Below, in pieces: positions 24,964-35,500 of a stretch of DNA of 64,000 bases; position 1 is the stretch's first letter, and each line of letters starts with the position of its first letter. Origin of the DNA: Pseudovirgaria hyperparasitica (taxonomy: Eukaryota); assembly GCA_010093815.1 (NCBI GenBank), contig ML996566.1; one strand, written 5' to 3'. Under the pieces are notes generated by a model. It made no database searches. It was not told the DNA's origin and saw only the letters and a program-made list of their open reading frames with translations. A program made the translations under genes and the position numbers.

Positions 24964-25887
24964 TTACCGAAACTGCGCGTCCCTTACATCCCTCAAGACA
25001 CCAAGTACATCTCCCCAGGTCCTTCTCAAGTCCCCTACCGCTCCGCCACCGACTTCCCGCACTACGTTCTGTAGCTCTCCTCTCACTCTCCCTAGGTCTT
25101 GTACCACCGCTTCGACATCCCTTCTCATTGTCGCTTCTGTATCCCTGACGATACCACCAACTTCACTGCTCACCTGCCCTACCTCACGGAACACGCTCTC
25201 CCTCGCAGTCCCTATCTCTCTTCGTGCACCAGCAACCGCGGTAGCCAAATCTGCCATCGCAGCCTGAATATCACCATGCGCACCACGCAGGTCTGACTGG
25301 AAGTTTGTGTATAGACTCGACGATGCAGCTTGCGCGCCCGTATACAGTGTTCGAGCGGTGAAGATGGCGAGAAGCGTAGATAGGCCGACAGCCGCGGTGG
25401 CGGCGGCGATGAAAGGATTCTGATCGGTGTTATGGGGCTCTGTGTATGGAATCTCTTCTTCTGGGGGGTCAGGAATCGGGTCTGTGGGGGCGGTGGGGTA
25501 TGTCCCTGGGACAATGAAAGAAGAAGAGTTCTCCTTCTTGTCGGGGTCGTAGTGTTGAGTTATTGGACTTGTGGAGATGGGACGGGGAGATGCTGCGTAA
25601 AGAGATGCGCCAGGAGAGGCTTCGGACACGGTGTATGGAGGCAGTGGCTCATCGTCGTGTGTCATGATAGCATCTTCAAAGGGTGGGGTCGAAGGTATGG
25701 AAGCTGTTGACTCCTGCGCTTGGTCGGATACCTCGTCTCTGGAATTACCCATGTCGACGTGGATATAATCTGGGAAGGTATCCGGCTCGCTGGGTGGAGG
25801 GGTGTTGATCATGTCTGCGTCGTCGTCGTCGCCCATTGTGCTCGCCACAGAGGGCGAAGAGGGACGAGAGGAAAGCGGCTGCGCCAT
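24964..25887 (-). CDS. Hypothetical protein: acidic Pro/Ser-rich N-terminus, hydrophobic segment, amphipathic helical C-terminus
   Basis: 307-aa ATG-initiated ORF with protein-like composition; no family recognised. Confidence 0.7.
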   Translation of the reverse strand: MAQPLSSRPSSPSVASTMGDDDDADMINTPPPSEPDTFPDYIHVDMGNSRDEVSDQAQESTASIPSTPPFEDAIMTHDDEPLPPYTVSEASPGASLYAASPRPISTSPITQHYDPDKKENSSSFIVPGTYPTAPTDPIPDPPEEEIPYTEPHNTDQNPFIAAATAAVGLSTLLAIFTARTLYTGAQAASSSLYTNFQSDLRGAHGDIQAAMADLATAVAGARREIGTARESVFREVGQVSSEVGGIVRDTEATMRRDVEAVVQDLGRVRGELQNVVREVGGGAVGDLRRTWGDVLGVLRDVRDAQFR

Positions 25888-27323
25888 TATGCTATTGTGC
25901 GTCTTATTTGCTCACAGTCTTGGGTATGCTCACAATCTAGATTGAGGAATGAAAGAGGTCAAGGAGTTTGCTGTTGTTGAGTAGGAAGGAGATTACGAGG
26001 CGGACTTCGGAGACGTACATGTGAATGAAGTACGCGGCGTGGCGGGGAGATCCATCGGCTTGCACAGCCGCGGACGGTCGATCTTGCACTGCGCAACCAG
26101 TCCAGCAACCTTCAACCCATGTTCACATTGCCTTAACATATAAATTTTGTTTTACACATGCTCGGACGAACAGCATCAACATGCTTCCACTCCGCTGCTC
26201 TACAATGATACCTGCTCGTTGAATAGTGGTACAAGCGAGGGACCAACTAATTGAGACACAAGGGTAATTACACGGACCATAGATTCATCCGGATTGTGAT
26301 TCTTGAACTAACCTCTTATGGAGCGGCTAGGCGGGCGCTAAGTCGATGCTTTCTTCACATAATACTACTACTTTATTCTATAATTAAAGACGTAGTCACA
26401 ACGAAACACTAGATGGGCCACCTTATATCGAATCGAGTTCTAACGTAATATTAACATGGTAACCTCCCGATGCTTTGTGTTTGACCAGACTAGAAACACA
26501 GAATCAGGCGACATCGCTAGACTAGGATCATAGAGTTCACAGTATGGGCGGTGCGAGTCTTTAGTAGATAGGGATTTGCGCAACTCAAGAAAGAGAATGC
26601 CTTTCAGTTTGTCGAGGCGCGACGGGATATACAGTATTGCAAACAGAATGGAAGAAAATCTCTACCAGGAACGAATCCTAAAGTAAATCTCATACCCTAC
26701 AAGCCTTAGCTCCCTGGATTGTACGCAATGCATATATATAATAGAGAAACCGTAGCTACGCATTTCATGATCTTCACCCGTGAGTGTGAGCGTAGAATTG
26801 TACGTTGTGACTGCGTCAGCTCGCTCATAGCTTCTTATACGCAAGGGCGAACCACGTAGAGCGTTCACCTGACTGTCGCTATAAATTTTCTCGATGCATA
26901 ATCCTGGATCATTGTTCGGCGAGTCGTGTCTGCAGGCATGGAACAGTACAGGTTAAGACTTTTTCTGTTCCACCATTATTGTATCCACTTTTGTGGTACA
27001 CCCCCTGTGTTTGTCCCTTGTACTGTCGTGTCTATACAAGCAGCACTATAATACAACGTTACTATGTTGATTTCGTCACTGCTAACGCGAAGTGACCTCA
27101 GCCAATATCGACCAGCTCTTGATAACTCCTGAAATGTACTCTGTCATCACTACAGTTCAGAGGGCTGAGTGGTTGAAACATTAAACTACCGGCTCCTTCT
27201 CGAGGATGAATCTTGGTCACTGAAAAATAGGGCGGCAGAACGTTGTGGGTTCAATCGTTCAACCACAGGGCATGTAGAACTGATTCTTCATCAATCTTTT
27301 TGGCTTGGGACTTTTCATTTCAT

Positions 27324-27773
27324 TATGCCTAGCTACGTAGGGGGTGTTGATAGCAACGAGGTGAATAGATTTTATAGCGAATTGATCGCTCGACCGCAGA
27401 GTGCATAGGCGATACGGCGGATGGCCGACGTTAAGCTTAAATATCATGCGGTAGAGACTGAATTCGGCCATGATAAGAATCATATGAAGACGTTGATTAG
27501 GTTGCTGGATCGAGTCACGACGGCTTCGGGTAATCACATCTGCATGGATGGAGACAGCAACCCCAGTCATTTTACAAGAATTGTCCAATTTGAAGTTAGT
27601 TAGGCGGTATACCGATGTATGAGCTATCTACCCACCATGTGCGCTAACGAGGTAACATTAGGTCAGTACGTACGGACGAAGATGAGTATCTGGTCAAGTC
27701 TGCGAGCTGCTGAATATACCGTCAAGCGGAATGGGCCTTTGTTCCGGATATTGACCCTGTTGCTGTTGTACTA
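27324..27773 (+). pseudogene. Possible decayed gene: one reading frame interrupted by TAG stops
   Basis: ORFs 27169-27408 and 27421-27603 share a frame, which continues past both TAGs. Intron-like GTATGA..GCTAAC..TAG at 27617-27661. Confidence 0.3.
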
Positions 27774-29465
27774 GAGACCGCGATGTGAAGTAGATCAATG
27801 GGGTATAAGCTCTGGAATAATCCGGAAACTGCGAGCGAGTACCTATTGTTCTATGATGCTGGGACCATTCGCAGACGCTCGTCGAGTAATAGATGTTGAC
27901 ATAAGCATAACGAGTCTTCAGAGGGATGATTAGGTGTTAGGAGAGAAAACGCGACTTAGAAAACGCGCTAAGCGCGGCACCAACTGCTGAGCAATATTTC
28001 AACCACATAGCTTGTGACTCGGTTCGCAGTCGACCGCTACCCATTGCGGCTCATCTTACGTCATGTTTTGATCATTGAAATGAACATGGACGTAGCTCGC
28101 TGAAAAAGACTGAATGACCCAATGATTTTCATCTCATCTCCGACCTTCACAATTTCATTAGCGTTGCCCGGCGCCGTGATGGTACGGGGGCGGGCAAGTC
28201 GCGGCAGGCTAGGGCTATAGAGTAATTACAGATCATCTCAAGGCTGCCCCAGACCTTCCCCAAAGCATTCGCAAGACTAACCCACTAATAATAAGCCTAG
28301 CTATGGAGGGTACCGGGACTTGTGGTTCAAGTTGTCGAAACCGCATCGAGATTTGGCACACCCAGCGAATGACTTTGACTTCATCTAGAGGATATGTATG
28401 TGTTTAATGGCCTATCTACTGGAACCCTCTAGCATAATTACGATGCATTGTACAGCACCAATAAAGTACGCGTTCCTCAGTACTACGGCTTTCCGAGCAG
28501 AGTCTTTTCCTAGGCCGAAGCCATATTAGCCAGAGGCGAAGTAGAGCATACTATACCGATTTTGACGTCAACATTGCGGAAAAGAAAGCTTTCGTCAAGA
28601 CCGAAGATGCGTCTCCGCACTGTCTCCGCACCCATCGAATCCTATACCTACTCTGGAGCCGCCAAAAGACACTCTTGAATTAGTTCGTTGGACCGCAGCA
28701 CTACACCACTTCCAGGGTCCTTGCATATCACAACTCCTTTCATAACGTGGTATTTGCGTCCTTGGATGTCGCGGCGCCAGGTAGGAATCTCGATGGTTCC
28801 CGCGAAACAGATACCAGGCGTGATGAGATAGATATAGGGGCTTAATGATGACTTTCGCTCTCTCGTTCTAATGGAAGTCAAGGACCGGTTGAACTACTTT
28901 CCAATTATTCTAATTGGTCGCGCGGTGCCGGAAATCGCATTGTGCTCAGGTCACAGGATGGGATTCGTCCCTGGCAAACGGCGAATTTCTGATTTGGCAT
29001 CAAGATGTTGTCATATTCGATTAGGATAACCTACGGATGCGCCCATTGCCGAACGATGATCTTCCATTGGCTTCAATGCTGCTCTGATCAGATGGGTCTT
29101 TACCGCATCTGGAGCTGAACGCTTCATACAGCTTACAGAGCTCGCTGTGGAGCCGCCAAAGAGCTTTAAAGCAGTGGAGCTCTCTCCAGCGCTAGACCCT
29201 TTCTAGCATCATTATCACAGTATTCGACATCGCCGCCAGGACGCACAAGCTGAAAAGAGCAATGCTGATGATACCCGTCGTTCCCTAGCTGTCCTGTCTC
29301 TTTGGCTCGGTCAACGGGATCTACGATGTACAGAGTACAAAGGGTGTGCAGACCCGCCCTTGGGAGCTGCTCCTTTCAAGCAATCTTGCCAGCCGCACGT
29401 CAATATACTCCTCAGCATCAGTCTCTTTGAATCAGTTCCAGTCTCAAAGCAGTGCCCATATCATT

Positions 29466-30512
29466 ATGAAGTCATTCACTGTCGCTGCCCTTGTGGCCTC
29501 TGCTGCCGCGGCGCCATTCAATTTTCCACTGTCCAATGGCTTTCCCAGTCCAAGCAACGACGCCATTGCCACCATTCAAAAGCAAGCAGGAGGTCCTCTT
29601 CCAAATACGCCCCTCCCAACTGAGCTCTCCGATGGTGTAGTCACGTCGCTCCAGCTTATTGCTGCCAATGAGATATTTGAGGTTGCTTACTTTACTGAGC
29701 TATACCACAACATCACTGAAAACGTGCCTGGATACGAGGCTACGGAGGAGGATCGCTACTTCGTCACTCAAGCAATCAGACGCATAAGGGCCCAAGAAGA
29801 GCTTCACGCCCTCGGTGCCAACGCCATCCTCAAGAACGCTGGCAAGCCGACCGTCGGGGCTTGCGAGTATAACTTTCCGGTCAACTCCTTCCAGAGCGCT
29901 ATAAAGCTTGCCAACACATTCACTGATGTTGTTCTCGGTGTCCTTCCTGCCGTTCAGTACCTCGCTGGTACTAACGGAGGTGCTCAAGGGCCAGCTCTGA
30001 TCCCACTCATCGGTTCCATTGAGGAGCAGGAGGCACAGCAAACTGGATGGTTCCGTACCCTCCGCGGCAAGCTCCCATCTGCTGCCCCCTTCCTCTCCCC
30101 AACTACCCCTGAGTTCGCTTTGTCCGCCGTCCTCCAGTTCATCGTCAATGGTACTTGCCCGCCAGAATATGCTGCCGTTACTTCGGCTGTCAAGTCCTTC
30201 CCTCCCTTGAACGTCGTCAAGGCTCCTTCCGAGGACGTCCAGACAGCTTACTACTCTGTTGATGGAACAATCGCCAGCGGCAATGTTCTAGCCTATATCA
30301 CTGGTCAGAGCCTTCCCGTAGTCGTTGCTATTGAGAACGCTAAGACAGAGGATGGCAAAACTACTTTCTCTGCCGCCTTCCCTGCCATCGCCCAATCTTT
30401 CTCAGATGGTCTCACCGTTGCTGCTGTCGTCAGCTCCAACCAGACATTTGCCAATGCTACTCAGGTTGCTCAGAACACAGTCTTTGGCCCGGGTCTTATC
30501 GAGTACCAATAG
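29466..30512 (+). CDS. Secreted ferritin-like-domain protein (late sexual development LsdA/Rds1-like)
   Basis: Signal peptide MKSFTVAALVASAAA; NGFP.P; LQLIAANEIFEVAYF; QEELHA; FTDVVLG; EAQQTGWFR; PSAAPFL. Confidence 0.8.
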   Translation: MKSFTVAALVASAAAAPFNFPLSNGFPSPSNDAIATIQKQAGGPLPNTPLPTELSDGVVTSLQLIAANEIFEVAYFTELYHNITENVPGYEATEEDRYFVTQAIRRIRAQEELHALGANAILKNAGKPTVGACEYNFPVNSFQSAIKLANTFTDVVLGVLPAVQYLAGTNGGAQGPALIPLIGSIEEQEAQQTGWFRTLRGKLPSAAPFLSPTTPEFALSAVLQFIVNGTCPPEYAAVTSAVKSFPPLNVVKAPSEDVQTAYYSVDGTIASGNVLAYITGQSLPVVVAIENAKTEDGKTTFSAAFPAIAQSFSDGLTVAAVVSSNQTFANATQVAQNTVFGPGLIEYQ

Positions 30513-31184
30513 ATGACCGCTTTTGATACGGGATGACTTATTGAAAACGATACACCTCGATGTCATCATGCATACCTGATGGGCGTAATCCCACCACCCT
30601 TAGATCACGAACCTGTACATAATGATAATGTCTACTACGATTAGATCGCACAGAATATATGGCTTATGTGCAACACACGGAGTATTTTTGGAGCTATACT
30701 TGTCCGAAGGCTTACAGGTCTTTTCTTGCTATTTTCTCAAACTCGTGATGAACAACTAACGTTAAGCATAAAGTCCATCATTTCAGTCCTCCCCTTCTTA
30801 TCTTCGCACATCTTCTCTCCCTCATAGTCTCTTTCTCTCTGGACCTTACCAGCCACAAGGCCTCGCGCGCGGCAGTGCCCCTCCGCTGTATCTCTTCAGT
30901 CCTGTACTCACTTGGTCAATGGGAGTCTTATCTGAACGAACAGGACGGAAGTTGACCCTCAGTCGGAGCTCCGATCCCACTAGCACCAATATTATGGCTG
31001 GGTTGAGGGGGTCGTCCAGGTATATTTCATACTGGGTCTGCGCAGAACTCAGACAAACCCAAGCAGTCATGATTTCGACCCCGGACCTCGGCCGACAGTT
31101 CTCATCATTCTCTGCAGAGTAATCATTGTGTATATCGCTTGAAAGTCAAGAACTACTTCTACCCTTCTCTCACGTCGCTGCAAG

Positions 31185-32216
31185 ATGAAAATTGAACCGC
31201 CTCTTCTCAACTCGGCTAATCCATGGGCTACCACATATGAAGATCTCCTTGCCCTATACCGATGTCCTTACACAGGAGCTGTCACAACACGCACGGCGAT
31301 GCTGCAAGGATTTGCGCACGACGATGCGATTCATAGATACGCATTCTTCAATCCGGTGACTCAAGAATCTCACCAAAATCCTGAGGCCGAAAATCTGCCT
31401 TCTGAACAAACGGCCAGTGTGAACAATCTGGGCTACAGTCCACTCCGATTGAGTGAATATCTTTCTTTCATTAAACAGATATCCGAAGTCGCCAAATCTG
31501 ACTCTTCGCTTCGTAGAGACAAACCGTTCATTGTTTCTGTGACAGGGACTGCTTCGGATGTCGAAGTGTGTCTTGAGAGGATTGCAAACACGGCGCAACA
31601 AGTATCGATGCCTCTTTTCATGGAGGTCAATCTCAGCTGCCCAAACATTCCCAATAAACCTCCTCCAGCATACTCCATATCCGCCCTTATACCATATTTA
31701 TCAGCAATATCAAAGTCGAATGCATCCGTATCCATTCCAATCGGCCTAAAACTTCCTCCTTACACCTATGCGGGCCAGTTTGATACCTTGATCACAGCGC
31801 TTGGTTCTATGGATCCCTGCTCTATCTCCTTTCTCACCAGCACTAATACTCTCGGATCGTCCATGCTGCTCTGCCCTAAAAGTGAACCGTCCAAAAAGGA
31901 TGGCTCTTATGTGCCCGTACTGTCACCAACGTCCGATACACAGAGCTGGGATCATTCTCTTCCTTCCGGTCTTGGTGGCCTCGCTGGTTCAGCGCTACAC
32001 CCTCTGGCGCTCGGAAATGTCTTCAGTTTACAACAATTTCTTCGCAACCATCCGACCCTAAATAGTATTCAAATCATTGGTGTCGGAGGTGTAGAGGACG
32101 CGGAAGGTTACAAGCGCATGCGAAGTGTTGGTGCTTCCGCTGTCGGTATTGGCACTGGTCTTGGGCGCTTGGGCATTGGAGTCTTCGAGAAGATTGTGAA
32201 AGCTTTGGAGGATTAG
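31185..32216 (+). CDS. Class 1A dihydroorotate dehydrogenase-like FMN enzyme (probable dihydrouracil oxidase), intronless
   Basis: KPFIVSVTG, EVNLSCPNI (catalytic Cys), GLKLPPY, TNTLG, GGLAG..LHPLALGNV, IIGVGGV, GASAVGIGT. No N-terminal membrane anchor. Confidence 0.88.
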   Translation: MKIEPPLLNSANPWATTYEDLLALYRCPYTGAVTTRTAMLQGFAHDDAIHRYAFFNPVTQESHQNPEAENLPSEQTASVNNLGYSPLRLSEYLSFIKQISEVAKSDSSLRRDKPFIVSVTGTASDVEVCLERIANTAQQVSMPLFMEVNLSCPNIPNKPPPAYSISALIPYLSAISKSNASVSIPIGLKLPPYTYAGQFDTLITALGSMDPCSISFLTSTNTLGSSMLLCPKSEPSKKDGSYVPVLSPTSDTQSWDHSLPSGLGGLAGSALHPLALGNVFSLQQFLRNHPTLNSIQIIGVGGVEDAEGYKRMRSVGASAVGIGTGLGRLGIGVFEKIVKALED

Positions 32217-32459
32217 TCATTTCATACCGTCAGACTGATGCTTGGATCTACGATTCTTTCTGGACTTCATCACGAAGCATGGCTTAAGTTTATCGCTATT
32301 CTGCCAAACTTTCCGGTTTGACGTCGCGTCGTCTAGTAAAACGATAAGAAGGATCGTGGCTGGCAACAGAACGTTCATTATGTGTCTTGACTATCTCGAC
32401 GAGGTTTTGCGCTGCTGACGATGTGTAGGCTGTGATACGGCCATGTACCAAGAGATAAG

Positions 32460-32540
32460 CTGATATGGATTCTTCTAACTATACTTAAAATGAACAAATT
32501 TTTTATAGTATTAATGAAAGATATATTTAGATTTATAGAG

Positions 32541-32586
<46 letters not shown>

Positions 32587-32760
32587 TCATAATTAAACCC
32601 TCTTATTTAGATAGGATATAGGAGTTTAGAGCTTGAAAATATGTTAGACTTATTAATCTAAGATACTCTATCAGTCCGTATGAATATTATAACATGTAGA
32701 CTGTTATATAGAGGTAGAGAGGCATAATTCAACCTCTAGGACTAGGTAAGCACGCGTGTG
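32460..32760. repeat. AT/TpA-rich island (RIP-like relic) containing a (CT)19 microsatellite at about 32545-32582
   Basis: Abrupt drop in GC, many TA dinucleotides and a pure CT tract. Confidence 0.6.
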
Positions 32761-32916
32761 TAGAAATAGAGAAACGCTAGAGAGTCAAATGTTACGAAAT
32801 CTAACGGATCCAAATCCATCTAACCAAATCTAGCATGGATGATATAGAACTAACCGCATATAGAGTACCTCATCCATAGCATTATTCTCCCTCCTGGCTT
32901 GCTCATCTACCGAACC

Positions 32917-32991
32917 AGATAGAAACCTGATTTTACAATCAAAAACCTGATTTGAAAGATAAAAACCTGATTTAGCAGATAGAAACCTGAT
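32917..32991. repeat. Tandem repeat, 20-bp unit, about 4 copies (AGATARAAACCTGATTT...)
   Basis: ARAAACCTGA recurs at 32921, 32941, 32961 and 32981. Confidence 0.9.
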
Positions 32992-33073
32992 GTACTAATG
33001 TGCCAATACACCAAGGCACGTACACCACCTAGTTCACTTGTCGCGTCAGAGCTGCCGTTGCCTACGAAGGAAC

Positions 33074-33177
33074 GGGTTACGACAGTGGCAAGAGAGGAAT
33101 GTAATGTGATAGTGGCAAGAGAGGAATGTAATACGATAGTGGTAAGAGAGGAATGGATTACGACTGTGGCAAAAGAC
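33074..33177. repeat. Tandem repeat, 27-bp unit, about 4 copies (..GAYAGTGGYAAGAGAGGAAT)
   Basis: Units start at about 33074, 33101, 33128 and 33155; the last is degenerate. Confidence 0.9.
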
Positions 33178-33285
33178 CAAGTCGTTGCAAGCTTCTTAAT
33201 ACTACGCTCTGCGCCTGTATGAATCCTTTTAGCGCGATCACTACGTTTTACGACCAGAAAATAACACCTTTGGCATTGAACCAGG

Positions 33286-35254
33286 ATGGTCATCAGTCCT
33301 CTGCAGGTGGTACGTCCGCTGGACTCTGCATTTATGGCCACTGGAATGGACTATCTCCTAGACGACTCTTCGGAAGATGAGCAAAAGATTTATGCCATGG
33401 ACGCCGATATCCCGACTCACGTTGTTGCCGACTTTGTGCAATTCTGCCAGCACGGCCGCCTGCCCACGGGTCAGCAGAGCAGGTCACGACTGTTGTCTGC
33501 AGAAGATGTAAAGCTTTTATGTACTCCGTATTCTTCCTGGGCAAGCGCTACATCACTGAGTCAGAAGCTAACTTCAAGCGCCAACGAGCTGGCTCGAAAG
33601 GAATGTCTCCCGCGGAAACCTTCCTCGGCGGACGATCAGAGCGCTCGCTGCACTTTCGTCGAGAAGCCTATCGCGGCGTTGAAGGCACGACTCTGGGCTG
33701 GAGTTGCCCCTGTTTCTGACTCTCGTTGGGAAACGATGGGTTTAAACAAACAGAGTCAATTCAGGCTCGCTCGCCAGCAGATGTCCATGGTCGTCAACAC
33801 ATTCCTCTATATAAACGGTAATGTAAGCTTATTGAATAGGCGAGAGACATATAATGCAATTTACGCGCACTACTCCGAGTTTGACTCTGCGCTGGAACAA
33901 GTCAGAGAAAACGATACTGACGGACCCCCTCGTGTCGCAAAGCTATGGGCTGAGTACATATCAGACCTCTTCACATACATGCCTGCGAAAGCACACTCAT
34001 GGATCCATGCACGCGCTGTATCTCTATGGGCTGACATCATGCGCCGCATCGCCAACCAGAAGCCCGAAACGACAGCCAAACCCATAGTACACCTATCGAG
34101 ACAGGCCAAAATGCACAACAATGTCGTACACATCTTGATCCAAGCAGACACTGCGTTTACCATGCCCACTCAAGGATTCGACGGCATAAAACAACCATCT
34201 GTGCCTCCTCATTTTGATTCTAAGGGAGCTAAGCCCATCAGCGCACAATTTGACGTTGATGTCTTTCATACAGCATTCTTGAAACGTTTTCGTTATCTCA
34301 ACACACTCACCGAGTTCAATGACGCAGAGTTGCGCCGCACAGCGACCAAAGAGTGGTTCACCAAGAAAGGGAAGTCCGTCGAAAAAAACCGTGCCAGTGT
34401 AAGGCGTGAACTATGCGGTCAGGAAGAGACATATGGGACAAAGTGGATTGCTGACGTCCAGCACGCAGCCCCAGAAAGGCCTCGAAGGATGGGGTTCGTG
34501 TTGTATCGCATGAACGCTAAAGAGACTGAAACCGATGAGCAATGGGGCGACTTCCAGTGCAAATTCTACAAGGCTGCGATGAACTCCGATCTGCAGCAAG
34601 TAAAGCATCACTGTGTGATCCAATGGGAAGATGCACGGCACCTACAGCCAATGAAGAAGACGTTGGAGCAAGAGTGTGACTTCAGCAAGACCAAAGAGTA
34701 CGTCGCATTCCCTAATGCTTCTGATAAACCTTTTTGCCCGTCGAGATTCCATCTAATGGCACCACAGACACTTCCAAGCTCTCACGGCGTCATCAGACTT
34801 CCACCCCTCGCTCCGTACAGACTGCTTCCTCGTCGCCGACTCGTGTAGCGTGCAAAGCTTCATGCAGCCAAACACAAACGAACCGGATTGTGAGTGCGGG
34901 CCTAGTATCCTCGCCATTGACACCACTTGGACGGCCCCGGCCGCACACGACATTCTACGCCTGCACATAGAGGCCGGCTACAACGGTCGACTACGCGTGC
35001 TAGCTGAGGTGCTATGGGACGACTTTGCTGCGCTCCTGGTGTCTGACGCGCAGCGCATGGTGGATCTGTGGCCGCTGGCTAAGCATCATCCGAGTAAGGT
35101 GTACATTGGCACTGTAGTTCAGGCACACAAAATCCTCTGGCAGGATAAGGAGTTGCCGAAGGATGAAACATGGACGCACTTTGTGCGCTTTTTGAGGGAT
35201 AATAGAATGATTCCTGAGAGAGATGATGAGAGGTGGACCGTGAAGAACTCGTGA
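33286..35254 (+). CDS. Hypothetical fungal protein; 2 exons; start codon uncertain (33286, 33334 or 33346)
   Basis: A 520-aa ORF joins the next ORF through intron 34698-34767 (GTACGT..CTAAT..CAG), giving ..TKEHFQAL..CFLVAD..GYNGRLRV..LWPLAKHHP. Confidence 0.75.
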
Positions 35255-35500
35255 GGGAGGAGAAAGTGCAACAAGCATTGTGAGTGATGATGTTTGCATA
35301 GTGTGGAAGGCGGGAGTAGACACCCGCGGTATCTTACTTGATACGATATTTGCGATAGGTCAAGTGCTCATCGAGTACTGTTTTCCGCTATAGCGCGGGA
35401 TCCATGGGTATCATATTGTATCATGCTGTTTAACCACTTTTTCAACTCGATCAATCATGATCAGCTCCTTTTGGTGTAGCCACCTTGTCTATCGCCAATT

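Noticed and set aside
33074..33177. 27-bp repeats as a CRISPR array
   Set aside because: Head-to-tail tandem units with no unique spacers, in a eukaryotic genome with no cas genes.
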